This document shows, in pieces, positions 20,003 to 29,146 of a stretch of DNA of 64,000 nucleotides; positions within the stretch are counted from its first letter, which is position 1, and every line of letters begins with the position of its first letter. The notes below the pieces were generated by a model. It saw only the letters and a list, made by a program, of their open reading frames with translations, ran no database searches and was not told the DNA's origin. The position numbers were made by a program, and so were the translations under genes. Origin of the DNA: a virus. Lineage: Duplodnaviria > Caudoviricetes. The stretch lies in the IMG/VR virus record IMGVR_UViG_2974637922_000001, positions 96,001 to 160,000 of that record; one strand, written 5' to 3'.

Positions 20003-20293
20003 ATGAATGTTAAACTAATCCGTATGAATTCCGGCGAAGATGTTATCGCCGACCTCATCAGTGAGACTGATGATACACTAGTTCTATCCAACCCTATTGT
20101 TTTAGTTCCTGGTCAAGGTGGAACACTGGGTTTCGCCCCATGGTCACCAGTTCTCTCCCCAGATGTTAAGGAGATTACAATCAAGTCCAGCTACATTGTA
20201 TTCATGAGTGAGCCAAATGAGGATGTAGTGGATAACTACAACCAAATCTTTTCCCCCATTGTCACACCAAGCAGTAAAGGATTAATCTTATGA
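20003..20293 (+). CDS. Hypothetical protein, putative Sm-like fold
   Basis: VKLIRMNSGEDVIA. Confidence 0.7.
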   Translation: MNVKLIRMNSGEDVIADLISETDDTLVLSNPIVLVPGQGGTLGFAPWSPVLSPDVKEITIKSSYIVFMSEPNEDVVDNYNQIFSPIVTPSSKGLIL

Positions 20294-20532
20294 TGGATAC
20301 AGTTGTACTCTATACAAACAACGGTCAAGAGTCGGAGAGAATCCAACAACTACTGACTAGTGTAGGTGGTGAGTTTCATATCTATACCTTAGATCAAGAC
20401 TTCACACAGGACCAATTCCGTAAGGAGTTTGGTGTATCTGCGGAATACCCACAGGTCGCCATAGGTTATAATCATATTGGGGGTCTCAAGGAAACCCTAC
20501 ATTATCTAACGGACGAAGGACTTATTAAATGA
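20290..20532 (+). CDS. Glutaredoxin-fold protein lacking CxxC
   Basis: YPQV..HIGG glutaredoxin C-terminal motif; no cysteine. Confidence 0.7.
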   Translation: MMDTVVLYTNNGQESERIQQLLTSVGGEFHIYTLDQDFTQDQFRKEFGVSAEYPQVAIGYNHIGGLKETLHYLTDEGLIK

Positions 20533-20939
20533 CCCTGGAACTCAAAGACTGGTTGAATAGTTTAAACATGAGTAAGGAAGACCTTATTGATGGAGATCCT
20601 GATGTGGAGAAAGAGTATCCACCATTCATTGTCAATAAGTGTATGTCTGGTCAGATGGACGCACTTATGTTTGCTAATGAGATGAATAAGTTCCCCTCAC
20701 TAGATAAAAAGTTACAATATGATTTTTATCTAAATAGTTTGCGGAAGAGAAAGCGTTTCTCTCCTTGGTTAAGGAAGGATAAGATTAAACACCTTGAGAC
20801 CGTTCGTAAGTTTTATGGCTTTTCCACTGAAAAAGCAGAACAAGCTTTGAATATTTTATCCAATGAACAACTTGACTTTATCTATGATAAGCTTGACACT
20901 GGGGGAACCAAACCATGCAAACGGACGAAAGGGGGGTAG
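20529..20939 (+). CDS. g62: Clamp loader small subunit gp62
   Basis: LKDWLNS, YPPFIVN, QYDFYLNSLRKRKRFSPW. Confidence 0.94.
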   Translation: MTLELKDWLNSLNMSKEDLIDGDPDVEKEYPPFIVNKCMSGQMDALMFANEMNKFPSLDKKLQYDFYLNSLRKRKRFSPWLRKDKIKHLETVRKFYGFSTEKAEQALNILSNEQLDFIYDKLDTGGTKPCKRTKGG

Positions 20940-21343
20940 TATCTTGGGACCCCTCATATATGATAGAAGTATTTTTGTCAGAACCTGACGACTTCTTAAA
21001 AGTAAGAGAAACTCTTACTCGTATTGGTGTGGCATCTCGCAAAGAGAAGAAGATATATCAGTCTTGTCATATTCTACATAAACAGGGAAGATACTTTATA
21101 GTTCATTTTAAGGAACTCTTTGCCCTTGATGGTAAGCATACTACAATTACCTTGAATGATATACAGAGACGCAATCGTATTGTTAAACTACTATCCGATT
21201 GGAACTTGATTGAAGTTTCGGATAGTATCGATATTACAGATGTTGCCCCTCTGAATCAAATAAAGGTTCTCTCATATAAAGAAAAGGAAGACTGGATACT
21301 GGAACCGAAATATAACATTGGAAGTGTGAAACGTTCAGAATAA
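20915..21343 (+). CDS. regA: Translational repressor RegA
   Basis: DDFLKVRETLTRIG, QSCHILHKQG, VHFKELF. Confidence 0.97.
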   Translation: MQTDERGVVSWDPSYMIEVFLSEPDDFLKVRETLTRIGVASRKEKKIYQSCHILHKQGRYFIVHFKELFALDGKHTTITLNDIQRRNRIVKLLSDWNLIEVSDSIDITDVAPLNQIKVLSYKEKEDWILEPKYNIGSVKRSE

Positions 21344-21345
21344 CA

Positions 21346-21375
21346 GGGAGGGGGGGTATCCACACCCCCTTTTTT
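21346..21375 (+). terminator. Intrinsic terminator after regA
   Basis: GGGGG-GTATCCACA-CCCCC followed by a T run. Confidence 0.75.
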
Positions 21376-21386
21376 GTGCCTAATCT

Positions 21387-21394
21387 GATAAATA
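21387..21394 (+). promoter_or_regulatory. Late-type promoter GATAAATA for hsp20
   Basis: NATAAATA between the terminator and the hsp20 leader. Confidence 0.6.
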
Positions 21395-21399
21395 GATGA

Positions 21400-21456
21400 G
21401 TAGTCGCCACTCAGGGACTACACCTTATACATCTCGCTTATTAGGAGAAACACATG
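21400..21456 (+). promoter_or_regulatory. ROSE-like RNA thermometer in the hsp20 5' UTR
   Basis: GTAGTC/GACTAC hairpin, then TCTCGCT-TATT-AGGAGA pairing the SD with a bulged G. Confidence 0.55.
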
Positions 21457-21897
21457 TCTGGATTAGCACGCTATTATGGTTCTGGGGATATTGAGAAGTT
21501 CCTCAAGGACGTTGATAAGTATTCAATCGGAATGGATGAATGGTTCCATAGGTTCGGAGCACTTCACCAAACAGAAGCAAACTACCCACCCTACAACGTT
21601 ATTCAGGAGAATGCAGTCTCCTATCGTGTGGAGGTTGCAGTTGCTGGATTTGCAACAAAAGAACTAGAAGTATTCACAGAGAACAACAAACTCTACGTGG
21701 AGGGTCAGAAGGAACTGGCAGAGCCTAAGGAGGGTGAGTCCTATGTTCATCGTGGGGTGGCTGCAAGGTCCTTCAAGAGGGTCTGGACCATCTCTGATGA
21801 CGTGGAAGTGAAGGACGTGGAGGTTTCCAATGGTCTCCTCACCATCCGACTCTCTCGTATCGTTCCTGACCACCAGAAGAGACGTTCCTATCTCTGA
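21454..21897 (+). CDS. hsp20: Small heat shock protein
   Basis: NYPPYNV, VAVAGF, HRGVAARSF, NGLLTI. Confidence 0.95.
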   Translation: MSGLARYYGSGDIEKFLKDVDKYSIGMDEWFHRFGALHQTEANYPPYNVIQENAVSYRVEVAVAGFATKELEVFTENNKLYVEGQKELAEPKEGESYVHRGVAARSFKRVWTISDDVEVKDVEVSNGLLTIRLSRIVPDHQKRRSYL

Positions 21898-21958
21898 CCT
21901 ATATATCAGTGAGACTATTTTCTCTGGGAGTATTGATCTCCCAAATATCGTCGCACCT

Positions 21959-22010
21959 GGGGGGTCCTGTCACAAAACAGGGTTGCCCCCTTTTTGGTGC
22001 ATGTTATAAT
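21959..22010 (+). promoter_or_regulatory. Terminator-like hairpin overlapping a sigma70 promoter for the g43 operon
   Basis: GGGGG...CCCCC with T run; TTGCCC-16nt-TATAAT. Confidence 0.55.
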
Positions 22011-22025
22011 ATAGTATAAACTAAA

Positions 22026-22412
22026 ATGAACAATGATTATGATAGGGAACTTCCTTCCCCAACCGGATCTACGGGGGCAGTTGAACTAATGATTGAATCT
22101 ATTGACTTGATGAGCAACAATGATCCAGTAGTAAAACTAGTTCTACTGAAGAATAATGAAACTATTATTGCTGAGGTTCGTGAGAGTATCGATGGAAGTA
22201 GTGTTCAGCTCATTGATCCTCGTGTAGTTCTACTACAGGCAGCAAGACCATCTGATGACGGACAGACTACAACAACTGCCATCTCATATACCGACTGGTT
22301 ACCTTTGTCTGAGAGTAGAAACTTCACTATTGATGGTGATTATGTGGTCCTTATCACTGATCCCATTGAAAGTTTAGTACAAAGTTATACACAGGCACGA
22401 CAAAATGGATGA
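22026..22412 (+). CDS. Hypothetical protein, putative Sm-like fold
   Basis: VKLVLLKNNETIIAEV..WLPLS. Confidence 0.7.
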   Translation: MNNDYDRELPSPTGSTGAVELMIESIDLMSNNDPVVKLVLLKNNETIIAEVRESIDGSSVQLIDPRVVLLQAARPSDDGQTTTTAISYTDWLPLSESRNFTIDGDYVVLITDPIESLVQSYTQARQNG

Positions 22413-22686
22413 AACTATTAGAGTATTGGTCTTGACCAATGGAAAAGTCCTTATCAGTAAGATCGAAGAGATAGGAGGTGCTGATATCGGGGAGCCAGAC
22501 TGCCGTCTAACCGACCCAGTATGGTATAATGATGAGGTGGAGGAAATGACCGAAGGGTTCAAACGCTTTCCTGGTAAGGGGATCACACCCGATACCAAGT
22601 TGGCCATCTCTTCTGTCAATATCTTGACTCTGGTTACCCCAGATAATAAACTCCTCAGTGAATACCTCGTGTTTATTAGTGATTAA
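22405..22686 (+). CDS. Hypothetical protein upstream of g43
   Basis: GADIGEPDCRL; coupled to g43A. Confidence 0.7.
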   Translation: MDETIRVLVLTNGKVLISKIEEIGGADIGEPDCRLTDPVWYNDEVEEMTEGFKRFPGKGITPDTKLAISSVNILTLVTPDNKLLSEYLVFISD

Positions 22687-24161
22687 TGTCTAACAAGTTC
22701 TACACCAATGTTCAGCTTTATGGTAACAACATCCTCCTACGCGGGTATGAGAACGGAGAGAAGTTCCACACTAGGGAACAATACTCCCCTACACTATATG
22801 TGAGTTCCAAGAAACCCAGTAAGTGGAAAACACTTACTGGTGAGAATGTTCAACCAGTGAAGCCCGGATCTATTAGAGATTGTAGGGATTTTATCAAGAA
22901 GTATAAAGATGTAGAGAACTTTAATGTGTTTGGTAATGAGAGGTTTGCCTTTCAATACATTGCAGACAACTATCCTGGGGAGATTGAATATGATCCCCAG
23001 TTGATTAATATCTTGAGTTTGGATATTGAGGTTGAGTCTGAACATGGTTTCCCAGATCCAGAGTCTGCTAATGAGGAAGTACTACTCATTACTATTCAGG
23101 ACTATGTTACCAAACAAATCATTACTTGGGGTCAGATAAAGCATGGGGAGTTTGATAACCAACAGGATAATGTAGATTTCCGTCCCTGTGAGAGTGAGTA
23201 TCACCTACTGAGTGCCTTTATTCAGTGGTGGCAACAGAACCCACCTGATGTTATCACTGGGTGGAACATTGACTATTATGATATTCCATACCTCGTCAGA
23301 CGCATGAAGAGAGTGTTGGGTGATAAACTAGCAAGCACTATCTCCCCTTGGAAGTTCGTAACAGACGAAGAGCACTTCTTCAAAGGTATGAACAAACTAT
23401 ACTACAATATCGCTGGTATCACCCAACTAGACTACCTAGTTCTATACACTAAGTTCACATATACCAACCAAGAGTCATACAGACTAGACCATATTGCTAA
23501 CGTGGAGTTGGGTCAGAAGAAGTTAGACCACTCTGAGTTTGAAACCTTCAAAGACTTCTATCGCAAAGGTTGGCAGAAGTTTGTAGAATACAACATTGTT
23601 GACGTGGAACTAGTTGACAGACTGGAAGAGAAGTTGAAACTCATTGATCTTGCCATCACTATGGCGTTTGATGCTAAGGTGAACTTCCAGGATGTATTCT
23701 CACAGGTGAGACTATGGGATACTATTATCTACAACTATCTCAGAGATAGGAACATTGTCATCCCTCAGAAGGAACAAACCAGTAAGAGTGAGAAGTTTGC
23801 TGGAGCATATGTGAAAGAACCTAAACCAGGTCTATATGACTGGGTGGTGTCCTTTGACCTTAACTCCCTGTATCCTCACCTACTGATGCAATACAACATC
23901 TCCCCAGAAACTCTGATGGAAGAGAGATGTCCTAATATCTCCATTGAGAAGGTATTGAATGAGGAAGTGACCTTTGAGATGTATAAAGACTACGCTGTTT
24001 GTCCCAATGGTGCAATGTATCGCAAAGATGTGCGTGGATTTCTCCCAACTCTGATGGAGAAGATGTATGATGAAAGAAAGGCATTCAAAAAGAAGATGCT
24101 GAAGTCCAAACAAATCCTCGTTGATATCGAGGCTGAAATGAAAAGAAGAGGTGTATTATGA
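22686..24161 (+). CDS. g43: DNA polymerase gp43, N-terminal part (g43A)
   Basis: Exonuclease motifs DIEV and TGWNIDYYD; Pol motif A SFDLNSLYP; stops within the fingers. Confidence 0.95.
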   Translation: MSNKFYTNVQLYGNNILLRGYENGEKFHTREQYSPTLYVSSKKPSKWKTLTGENVQPVKPGSIRDCRDFIKKYKDVENFNVFGNERFAFQYIADNYPGEIEYDPQLINILSLDIEVESEHGFPDPESANEEVLLITIQDYVTKQIITWGQIKHGEFDNQQDNVDFRPCESEYHLLSAFIQWWQQNPPDVITGWNIDYYDIPYLVRRMKRVLGDKLASTISPWKFVTDEEHFFKGMNKLYYNIAGITQLDYLVLYTKFTYTNQESYRLDHIANVELGQKKLDHSEFETFKDFYRKGWQKFVEYNIVDVELVDRLEEKLKLIDLAITMAFDAKVNFQDVFSQVRLWDTIIYNYLRDRNIVIPQKEQTSKSEKFAGAYVKEPKPGLYDWVVSFDLNSLYPHLLMQYNISPETLMEERCPNISIEKVLNEEVTFEMYKDYAVCPNGAMYRKDVRGFLPTLMEKMYDERKAFKKKMLKSKQILVDIEAEMKRRGVL

Positions 24162-24316
24162 GTTTTCGTCACAAAACATATGGTGGTCTAGTTCATTATG
24201 ACCACAATGATAAGATTATCGTCATTGAACGTCGATTGAATCCAATGCAACATCACGCTATGCTTGTGAGTAAGTTGAAGGAAGAGTATCCAGAGTATCA
24301 AGTAGTTACTGGATAG
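24158..24316 (+). CDS. 52-aa hypothetical between g43A and g43B (not in ORF track)
   Basis: MSFRHKTYGG...YQVVTG; GAGG SD and ATGA overlap with g43A. Confidence 0.6.
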   Translation: MSFRHKTYGGLVHYDHNDKIIVIERRLNPMQHHAMLVSKLKEEYPEYQVVTG

Positions 24317-24531
24317 TGAGTGGTTTAGTTGCTGAGATTATGCAAGTCGTTACTATGATTACTATGCTATTCAATATGTGCAATAGTAATGAGTTCAACA
24401 GACAAGCATGTATGAAAGACTGGGATACTTGGTTATTACCTGAGATATCCCGTGCGTGGCAAATTAAAACAGGTCAGGAAGCCCCTTACCAAAACGAGGA
24501 AGATGTGGTAGAATGGCACCAACAGCAGTGA
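24316..24531 (+). CDS. Hypothetical protein between g43A and g43B
   Basis: 71-aa ORF coupled on both sides. Confidence 0.6.
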   Translation: MSGLVAEIMQVVTMITMLFNMCNSNEFNRQACMKDWDTWLLPEISRAWQIKTGQEAPYQNEEDVVEWHQQQ

Positions 24532-24532
24532 G

Positions 24533-25702
24533 GTGTTTATCGGTTATCTTATTGGTGGTTCGAGTGAAGGACCCGATGAGGAGATTGTACAATCAGATAG
24601 TGACTATTCTAAACTATCTGATAAGCAACTGCAATACCTAAGAGCACAAACCATAAAGGATATCGCTAAGTTTTATAACTTCCAGCAAGTAAGGAAAATT
24701 ACCCTAAACTCCGCTTATGGTGCTTTGGGTAACCAATACTTCAGATACTACAAACTGGCGAACGCGGAGGCAGTGACCTTCTCTGGTCAGTTAAGTATCC
24801 GTTGGATTGAGAATAAGATGAATGGATTCATCAATGAGATTCTAAAAACAGAGGGTAAGGATTATGTGATCGCCTCTGATACTGACTCTATCTACATTAA
24901 CTTTGGTGATGTGGTAGATAAGTTCTTGAAGAAGTTTGATGGTGATAAGGAGAAGACTGTATCAATGGTAGATAAGATCTGTAAGGATCAACTAGAACCC
25001 TTCATTGATAAGTGCTATTCTCAGTTGGGTGAGTATGTGAATGCATACGAACAGAAGATGCAGATGAAGAGAGAGAATATTGCAGATAGGGGTATATGGA
25101 CAGCGAAGAAGAGATATATCCTGAACGTGTGGGATAGTGAAGGTGTTCGTTATGAGGAACCTAAACTGAAGATGATGGGTATTGAGGCTGTGAAGTCATC
25201 TACACCTGCCCCTTGTAGAACTATGATCAAGGATGCTCTCCGTATTATCATTGAGAAATCTGAGGATGAAGTCATTGACTACATTGATGATTGTAGGAAG
25301 AAGTTCAAACAGATGAAACCAGAGGAGATCGCGTTTCCTCGTTCCGTTAGTGATATGATCAAGTTTCGTTCTGGGACAACAATATATGCTAAGAGTACTC
25401 CTATGCATGTGAGGGGGGCGTTACTATTCAATCATCACATTAAGAAGGGTGGGTTGGAGAACAAGTATTCTCTCATCAATAGTGGTGAGAAGATCAAGTT
25501 CTGCTACCTCAAGATTCCTAATCTAATTGGTGAGAATGTTATCTCATTCATCTCCGACTTTCCTAGGGAACTTAAGTTGGAGAAGTATGTTGATTATGAT
25601 ACCCAATTCAATAAAGCATTCCTAGATCCACTCAAGATCATCTTGGATGCTATTGGTTGGAACTGTGAGAAGCAGATGTCCTTGGAGTCATTTTTTACCT
25701 GA
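24533..25702 (+). CDS. g43: DNA polymerase gp43, C-terminal part (g43B)
   Basis: Motif B KITLNSAYG, motif C ASDTDS, KKRY, C-terminal clamp-binding SLESFF. Confidence 0.95.
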   Translation: MFIGYLIGGSSEGPDEEIVQSDSDYSKLSDKQLQYLRAQTIKDIAKFYNFQQVRKITLNSAYGALGNQYFRYYKLANAEAVTFSGQLSIRWIENKMNGFINEILKTEGKDYVIASDTDSIYINFGDVVDKFLKKFDGDKEKTVSMVDKICKDQLEPFIDKCYSQLGEYVNAYEQKMQMKRENIADRGIWTAKKRYILNVWDSEGVRYEEPKLKMMGIEAVKSSTPAPCRTMIKDALRIIIEKSEDEVIDYIDDCRKKFKQMKPEEIAFPRSVSDMIKFRSGTTIYAKSTPMHVRGALLFNHHIKKGGLENKYSLINSGEKIKFCYLKIPNLIGENVISFISDFPRELKLEKYVDYDTQFNKAFLDPLKIILDAIGWNCEKQMSLESFFT

Positions 25703-25730
25703 TATATAAAACCCCCAGAGGAGATCACCA

Positions 25731-25889
25731 ATGGAAAAACAAAATCTAGCGATGGATCTATTCATCGAGTCTGTAATCAAACCAGACAGTGACCTTAGGG
25801 GTCAAGCATCAGAACAGGGTTGTCTAGAAGAACTATTGCAAATCCGTGATGATGTGATAAAATATCTTTATAACGAGAGGAAAAACTAG
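25731..25889 (+). CDS. 52-aa hypothetical (not in ORF track)
   Basis: GAGGAG SD; MEKQNLAMDLFIESVIKPD... Confidence 0.6.
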   Translation: MEKQNLAMDLFIESVIKPDSDLRGQASEQGCLEELLQIRDDVIKYLYNERKN

Positions 25890-25892
25890 TTT

Positions 25893-26126
25893 ATGGCGTT
25901 ATCCCAATCAGTGGAGAATTCCCTCAGGGAGGCAAGTTCGTCCCTGAGGAATGCTCTAGCTTTTGCTGCCAGACAGGAGAGATCACATACCTGTCAGCAT
26001 ATTGCTAAAGTATTAAACGATATTGATCTTATTCAGAGAACGGATGAGATGTTTGATACCCTTGATAGTATCAAGGATGGTAAGGGTGGTAGCAACCCAT
26101 TTGGTAAATTTGGTTTTGATGAATAA
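25893..26126 (+). CDS. Hypothetical protein
   Basis: MALSQSVENSL..LRNALAFAARQE. Confidence 0.65.
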   Translation: MALSQSVENSLREASSSLRNALAFAARQERSHTCQHIAKVLNDIDLIQRTDEMFDTLDSIKDGKGGSNPFGKFGFDE

Positions 26127-27133
26127 TGGATTTCTTAAAGGATATTGTAAATGAAATTGGTGGCGACTTCACTCAGATTGCCTCAGAGATTGAAGAAAAC
26201 GAAACATACGTGGACACTGGTTCGTTCATCTTTAATGCTCTTGTATCTGGGTCTATCTATGGTGGTGTATCTGGTAACAAGATTACTGCAATTGCTGGGG
26301 AAAGTTCTACTGGAAAGACTTTCTTCTCACTCGCCGTGGTCAAGAACTTCTTGGATACTAATCCCGATGCATATTGCCTTTATTTTGATACTGAAGCTGC
26401 AATCAATAGAAACCTTCTTGAGTCACGAGGTATTGACCTTAAGCGGTTGGTTGTCGTCAATGTCGTTACAGTAGAAGAGTTTAGGATGAAGGCACTTAAG
26501 TGTGTCGATATCTACCAGAAGAAACCAGAAGACGAACGCAAACCTTGTATGTTTGTCCTAGATTCTCTGGGTATGTTGTCTACAGAGAAAGAGATCAATG
26601 ATGCTCTGAATGACAAGAACGTTCGTGATATGACTAAATCACAACTCATCAAAGGGGCTTTCAGGATGTTGACCTTGAAACTAGGTCAGGCTAAGATCCC
26701 AATGATTGTTACTAACCACACCTATGATGTGATTGGTGCCTATGTTCCTACTAAGGAAATGGGTGGTGGTTCAGGTCTCAAGTATGCCGCCTCTACTATT
26801 ATTCACCTCACTAAGAAGAAAGAGAAAGACGGTAAGGATGTTATTGGTAACATTATCAAGTGTAAGACAGCTAAGTCCAGACTCTCCAAAGAGAATACAG
26901 ACGTAGGTGTTAGACTATTCTATGATGAACGGGGTTTGGATAAGTACTATGGTCTCCTAGAACTTGGTGAGCTTGGTGGTATGTGGAAGAACGTAGCTGG
27001 TCGTTATGACTTGGGTGATGGTAAGAAGATCTACGCTAAAGAGATACTAAAGGATCCAGAGAAGTACTTCACCGAAGAAGTTATGGAGAAACTAGATGTT
27101 GTTGCTAGGGGAACATTCTCATATGGGTCATAA
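26126..27133 (+). CDS. uvsX: RecA-like recombinase UvsX
   Basis: GESSTGKT, DSLG, MGGGSG. Confidence 0.95.
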   Translation: MDFLKDIVNEIGGDFTQIASEIEENETYVDTGSFIFNALVSGSIYGGVSGNKITAIAGESSTGKTFFSLAVVKNFLDTNPDAYCLYFDTEAAINRNLLESRGIDLKRLVVVNVVTVEEFRMKALKCVDIYQKKPEDERKPCMFVLDSLGMLSTEKEINDALNDKNVRDMTKSQLIKGAFRMLTLKLGQAKIPMIVTNHTYDVIGAYVPTKEMGGGSGLKYAASTIIHLTKKKEKDGKDVIGNIIKCKTAKSRLSKENTDVGVRLFYDERGLDKYYGLLELGELGGMWKNVAGRYDLGDGKKIYAKEILKDPEKYFTEEVMEKLDVVARGTFSYGS

Positions 27134-27138
27134 ACAAT

Positions 27139-27669
27139 ATGAGTGAGTATATCAAACACTATAGGGGAGTTCTAACAGATACATCTTGTGATGTTCTGAT
27201 AGATGCTCTTCTGAGTGTAGATAGAAAGCATATAAAGGAACATCGAACAGATCGTAAAACATTTGATCAGGTGTTTCTTAATGCTGCAAATATGGATCTG
27301 ATTCCAGGTATTACTAAAATAGTTGGTAATGTAATCAAACAATACAAGATGGATGTTCCATACTTCACACAGTTCTTTCCCAAGGGACTGGAGATTGAAA
27401 CACCAAAGGTCAAAGGTTACAGTCCTGGAGGACAATTCAAACCACATTGTGATGTGGATGCTACTTCCTGTCCAAGGTATCTTGCCTTTCTATTTTATCT
27501 TAATGATAATTTTACAGGTGGACAAACAGAGTTCTTACCTGGTATAATGGTGGAACCTGTGAAAGGTTCAGTGGTGGTATTTCCACCCAACTGGCAACAC
27601 CCTCATTGTGGATTACCAGTGGAGACTGGTAACAAATATATTATGTCAACTTATCTAAGATACGTTTAA
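27139..27669 (+). CDS. 2OG-Fe(II) oxygenase
   Basis: PHCD, FYLND, GGQTEF, HPHCG, KYIMSTY. Confidence 0.88.
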   Translation: MSEYIKHYRGVLTDTSCDVLIDALLSVDRKHIKEHRTDRKTFDQVFLNAANMDLIPGITKIVGNVIKQYKMDVPYFTQFFPKGLEIETPKVKGYSPGGQFKPHCDVDATSCPRYLAFLFYLNDNFTGGQTEFLPGIMVEPVKGSVVVFPPNWQHPHCGLPVETGNKYIMSTYLRYV

Positions 27670-29036
27670 TGGATCGAATTGAGAATTTAATACTAAGATC
27701 ACTCTCACATAGTGAAGGGTTTTCTAGGAAGGTTATCCCCTTCATCAAACCAGATTATTTCCATGATAATGCTGAGAAAGTTCTCTTCGAAGAAATCGCA
27801 CAATACATTGTCAAGTACAACTCTAATGTTACTGTACAGGCTCTAAGTATTGAGGTGGAACAGAGAACCGATTTATCTGATAGTGATGTCAAAACTATCA
27901 GAACTATCCTAGATGACTTTGATGCAGTCACAGGAACTGATGAGTGGATGATTGATTCCACTGAGAAGTGGTGTAAGAAACAGGCAATTTACAACGCTCT
28001 TATGGAGTCTGTGAGTATTGCCAATGGAGATAGTCAGACTAAGGCTGAAGACGCTATCCCCAGTATCCTCTCAGAGGCTCTGGGTGTATCCTTTGATAGT
28101 AATGTAGGTCACGACTACATTGAGAACGCAGAGGATAGGTGGGAGTACTACCACCAGAAGGAAGATAAGATTCCCTTCGATATTGATCTACTCAATGCGA
28201 TTACTAAAGGTGGATTACCTAACAAGACACTGAATATCGCACTCGCTGGTACTGGTGTTGGTAAGTCACTCTTTATGTGTCACGTAGCAGCCTCTAGTTT
28301 AATGCAGGGTAAGAATGTTCTATACATCACTGCTGAGATGGCAGAAGAGAAGATCGCAGAACGTATTGACTCCAACCTACTCAACGTTAATATTAAGGAT
28401 CTATCTGAACTACCCAAACAGATGTTTGAGAAGAAGATAGATGCGGTATCTAAGAAGACACAAGGTTCCTTGGTTATCAAGGAGTATCCTACAGCTTCTG
28501 CACACTCAGGACACTTCAAGTCTCTACTTAACGAACTAAAACTCAAGAAGAACTTCACACCAGATATTATCTTTATTGATTATCTCAATATCTGTGCTTC
28601 CTCTCGTATCAGAGCTGGTGCTAACGCTAACTCCTACACACTAGTGAAGAGTATCGCAGAAGAGATTCGTGGTCTAGCGGTAGAGTTCAACGTTCCTATC
28701 GTGAGTGCTACTCAGACGACTCGTAGTGGGTATGGAAACAGTGACGTGGGTATCACAGATACCTCTGAGTCTTTCGGTCTTCCTGCAACCGCTGACCTTA
28801 TGATCGCTCTTATCTCCACAGAGGAGCTAGAAGGTCTAGGTCAAATTATGGTTAAACAACTCAAGAACAGATACAATGATCCCACCATCCACAAGCGTTT
28901 TGTTGTCGGTATTGACAGAGCTAAGATGCGGTTGTATGACTGTGAGCAGGCGGCTCAGGATGATATTCTGGATAGTGGTGACGACTCTGAGGAAAAGACT
29001 TCCCTCAAGGATAAGTTGGCAAAACTGAGTTTCTAG
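27669..29036 (+). CDS. g41: Replicative helicase gp41
   Basis: AGTGVGKS, IDYLNI, SATQTTR, KQLKNRY; no intein. Confidence 0.97.
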   Translation: MDRIENLILRSLSHSEGFSRKVIPFIKPDYFHDNAEKVLFEEIAQYIVKYNSNVTVQALSIEVEQRTDLSDSDVKTIRTILDDFDAVTGTDEWMIDSTEKWCKKQAIYNALMESVSIANGDSQTKAEDAIPSILSEALGVSFDSNVGHDYIENAEDRWEYYHQKEDKIPFDIDLLNAITKGGLPNKTLNIALAGTGVGKSLFMCHVAASSLMQGKNVLYITAEMAEEKIAERIDSNLLNVNIKDLSELPKQMFEKKIDAVSKKTQGSLVIKEYPTASAHSGHFKSLLNELKLKKNFTPDIIFIDYLNICASSRIRAGANANSYTLVKSIAEEIRGLAVEFNVPIVSATQTTRSGYGNSDVGITDTSESFGLPATADLMIALISTEELEGLGQIMVKQLKNRYNDPTIHKRFVVGIDRAKMRLYDCEQAAQDDILDSGDDSEEKTSLKDKLAKLSF

Positions 29037-29038
29037 TG

Positions 29039-29122
29039 TATAATGGTTATGTTGGGAAGAAACCCCAACCTCCTTTGTGATGTGGTGTTTGTTGGGGAAG
29101 GGGTGGTTCCCTTCCCTTTTTT
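29039..29122 (+). promoter_or_regulatory. Promoter, structured leader and terminator upstream of mazG
   Basis: TATAAT; GTTGGG/CCCAAC hairpin; GGGAAGGG/CCCTTCCC with T6. Confidence 0.55.
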
Positions 29123-29146
29123 ATTGTTTATTGGTATTCAATTATT

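Noticed and set aside
24162-24532. Split intein, group I intron or gene-60-style ribosomal bypass in g43
   Set aside because: No C/S...HN intein ends, no recognisable intron core and no matched take-off/landing codon next to the stop; the gap is filled by two coupled ORFs
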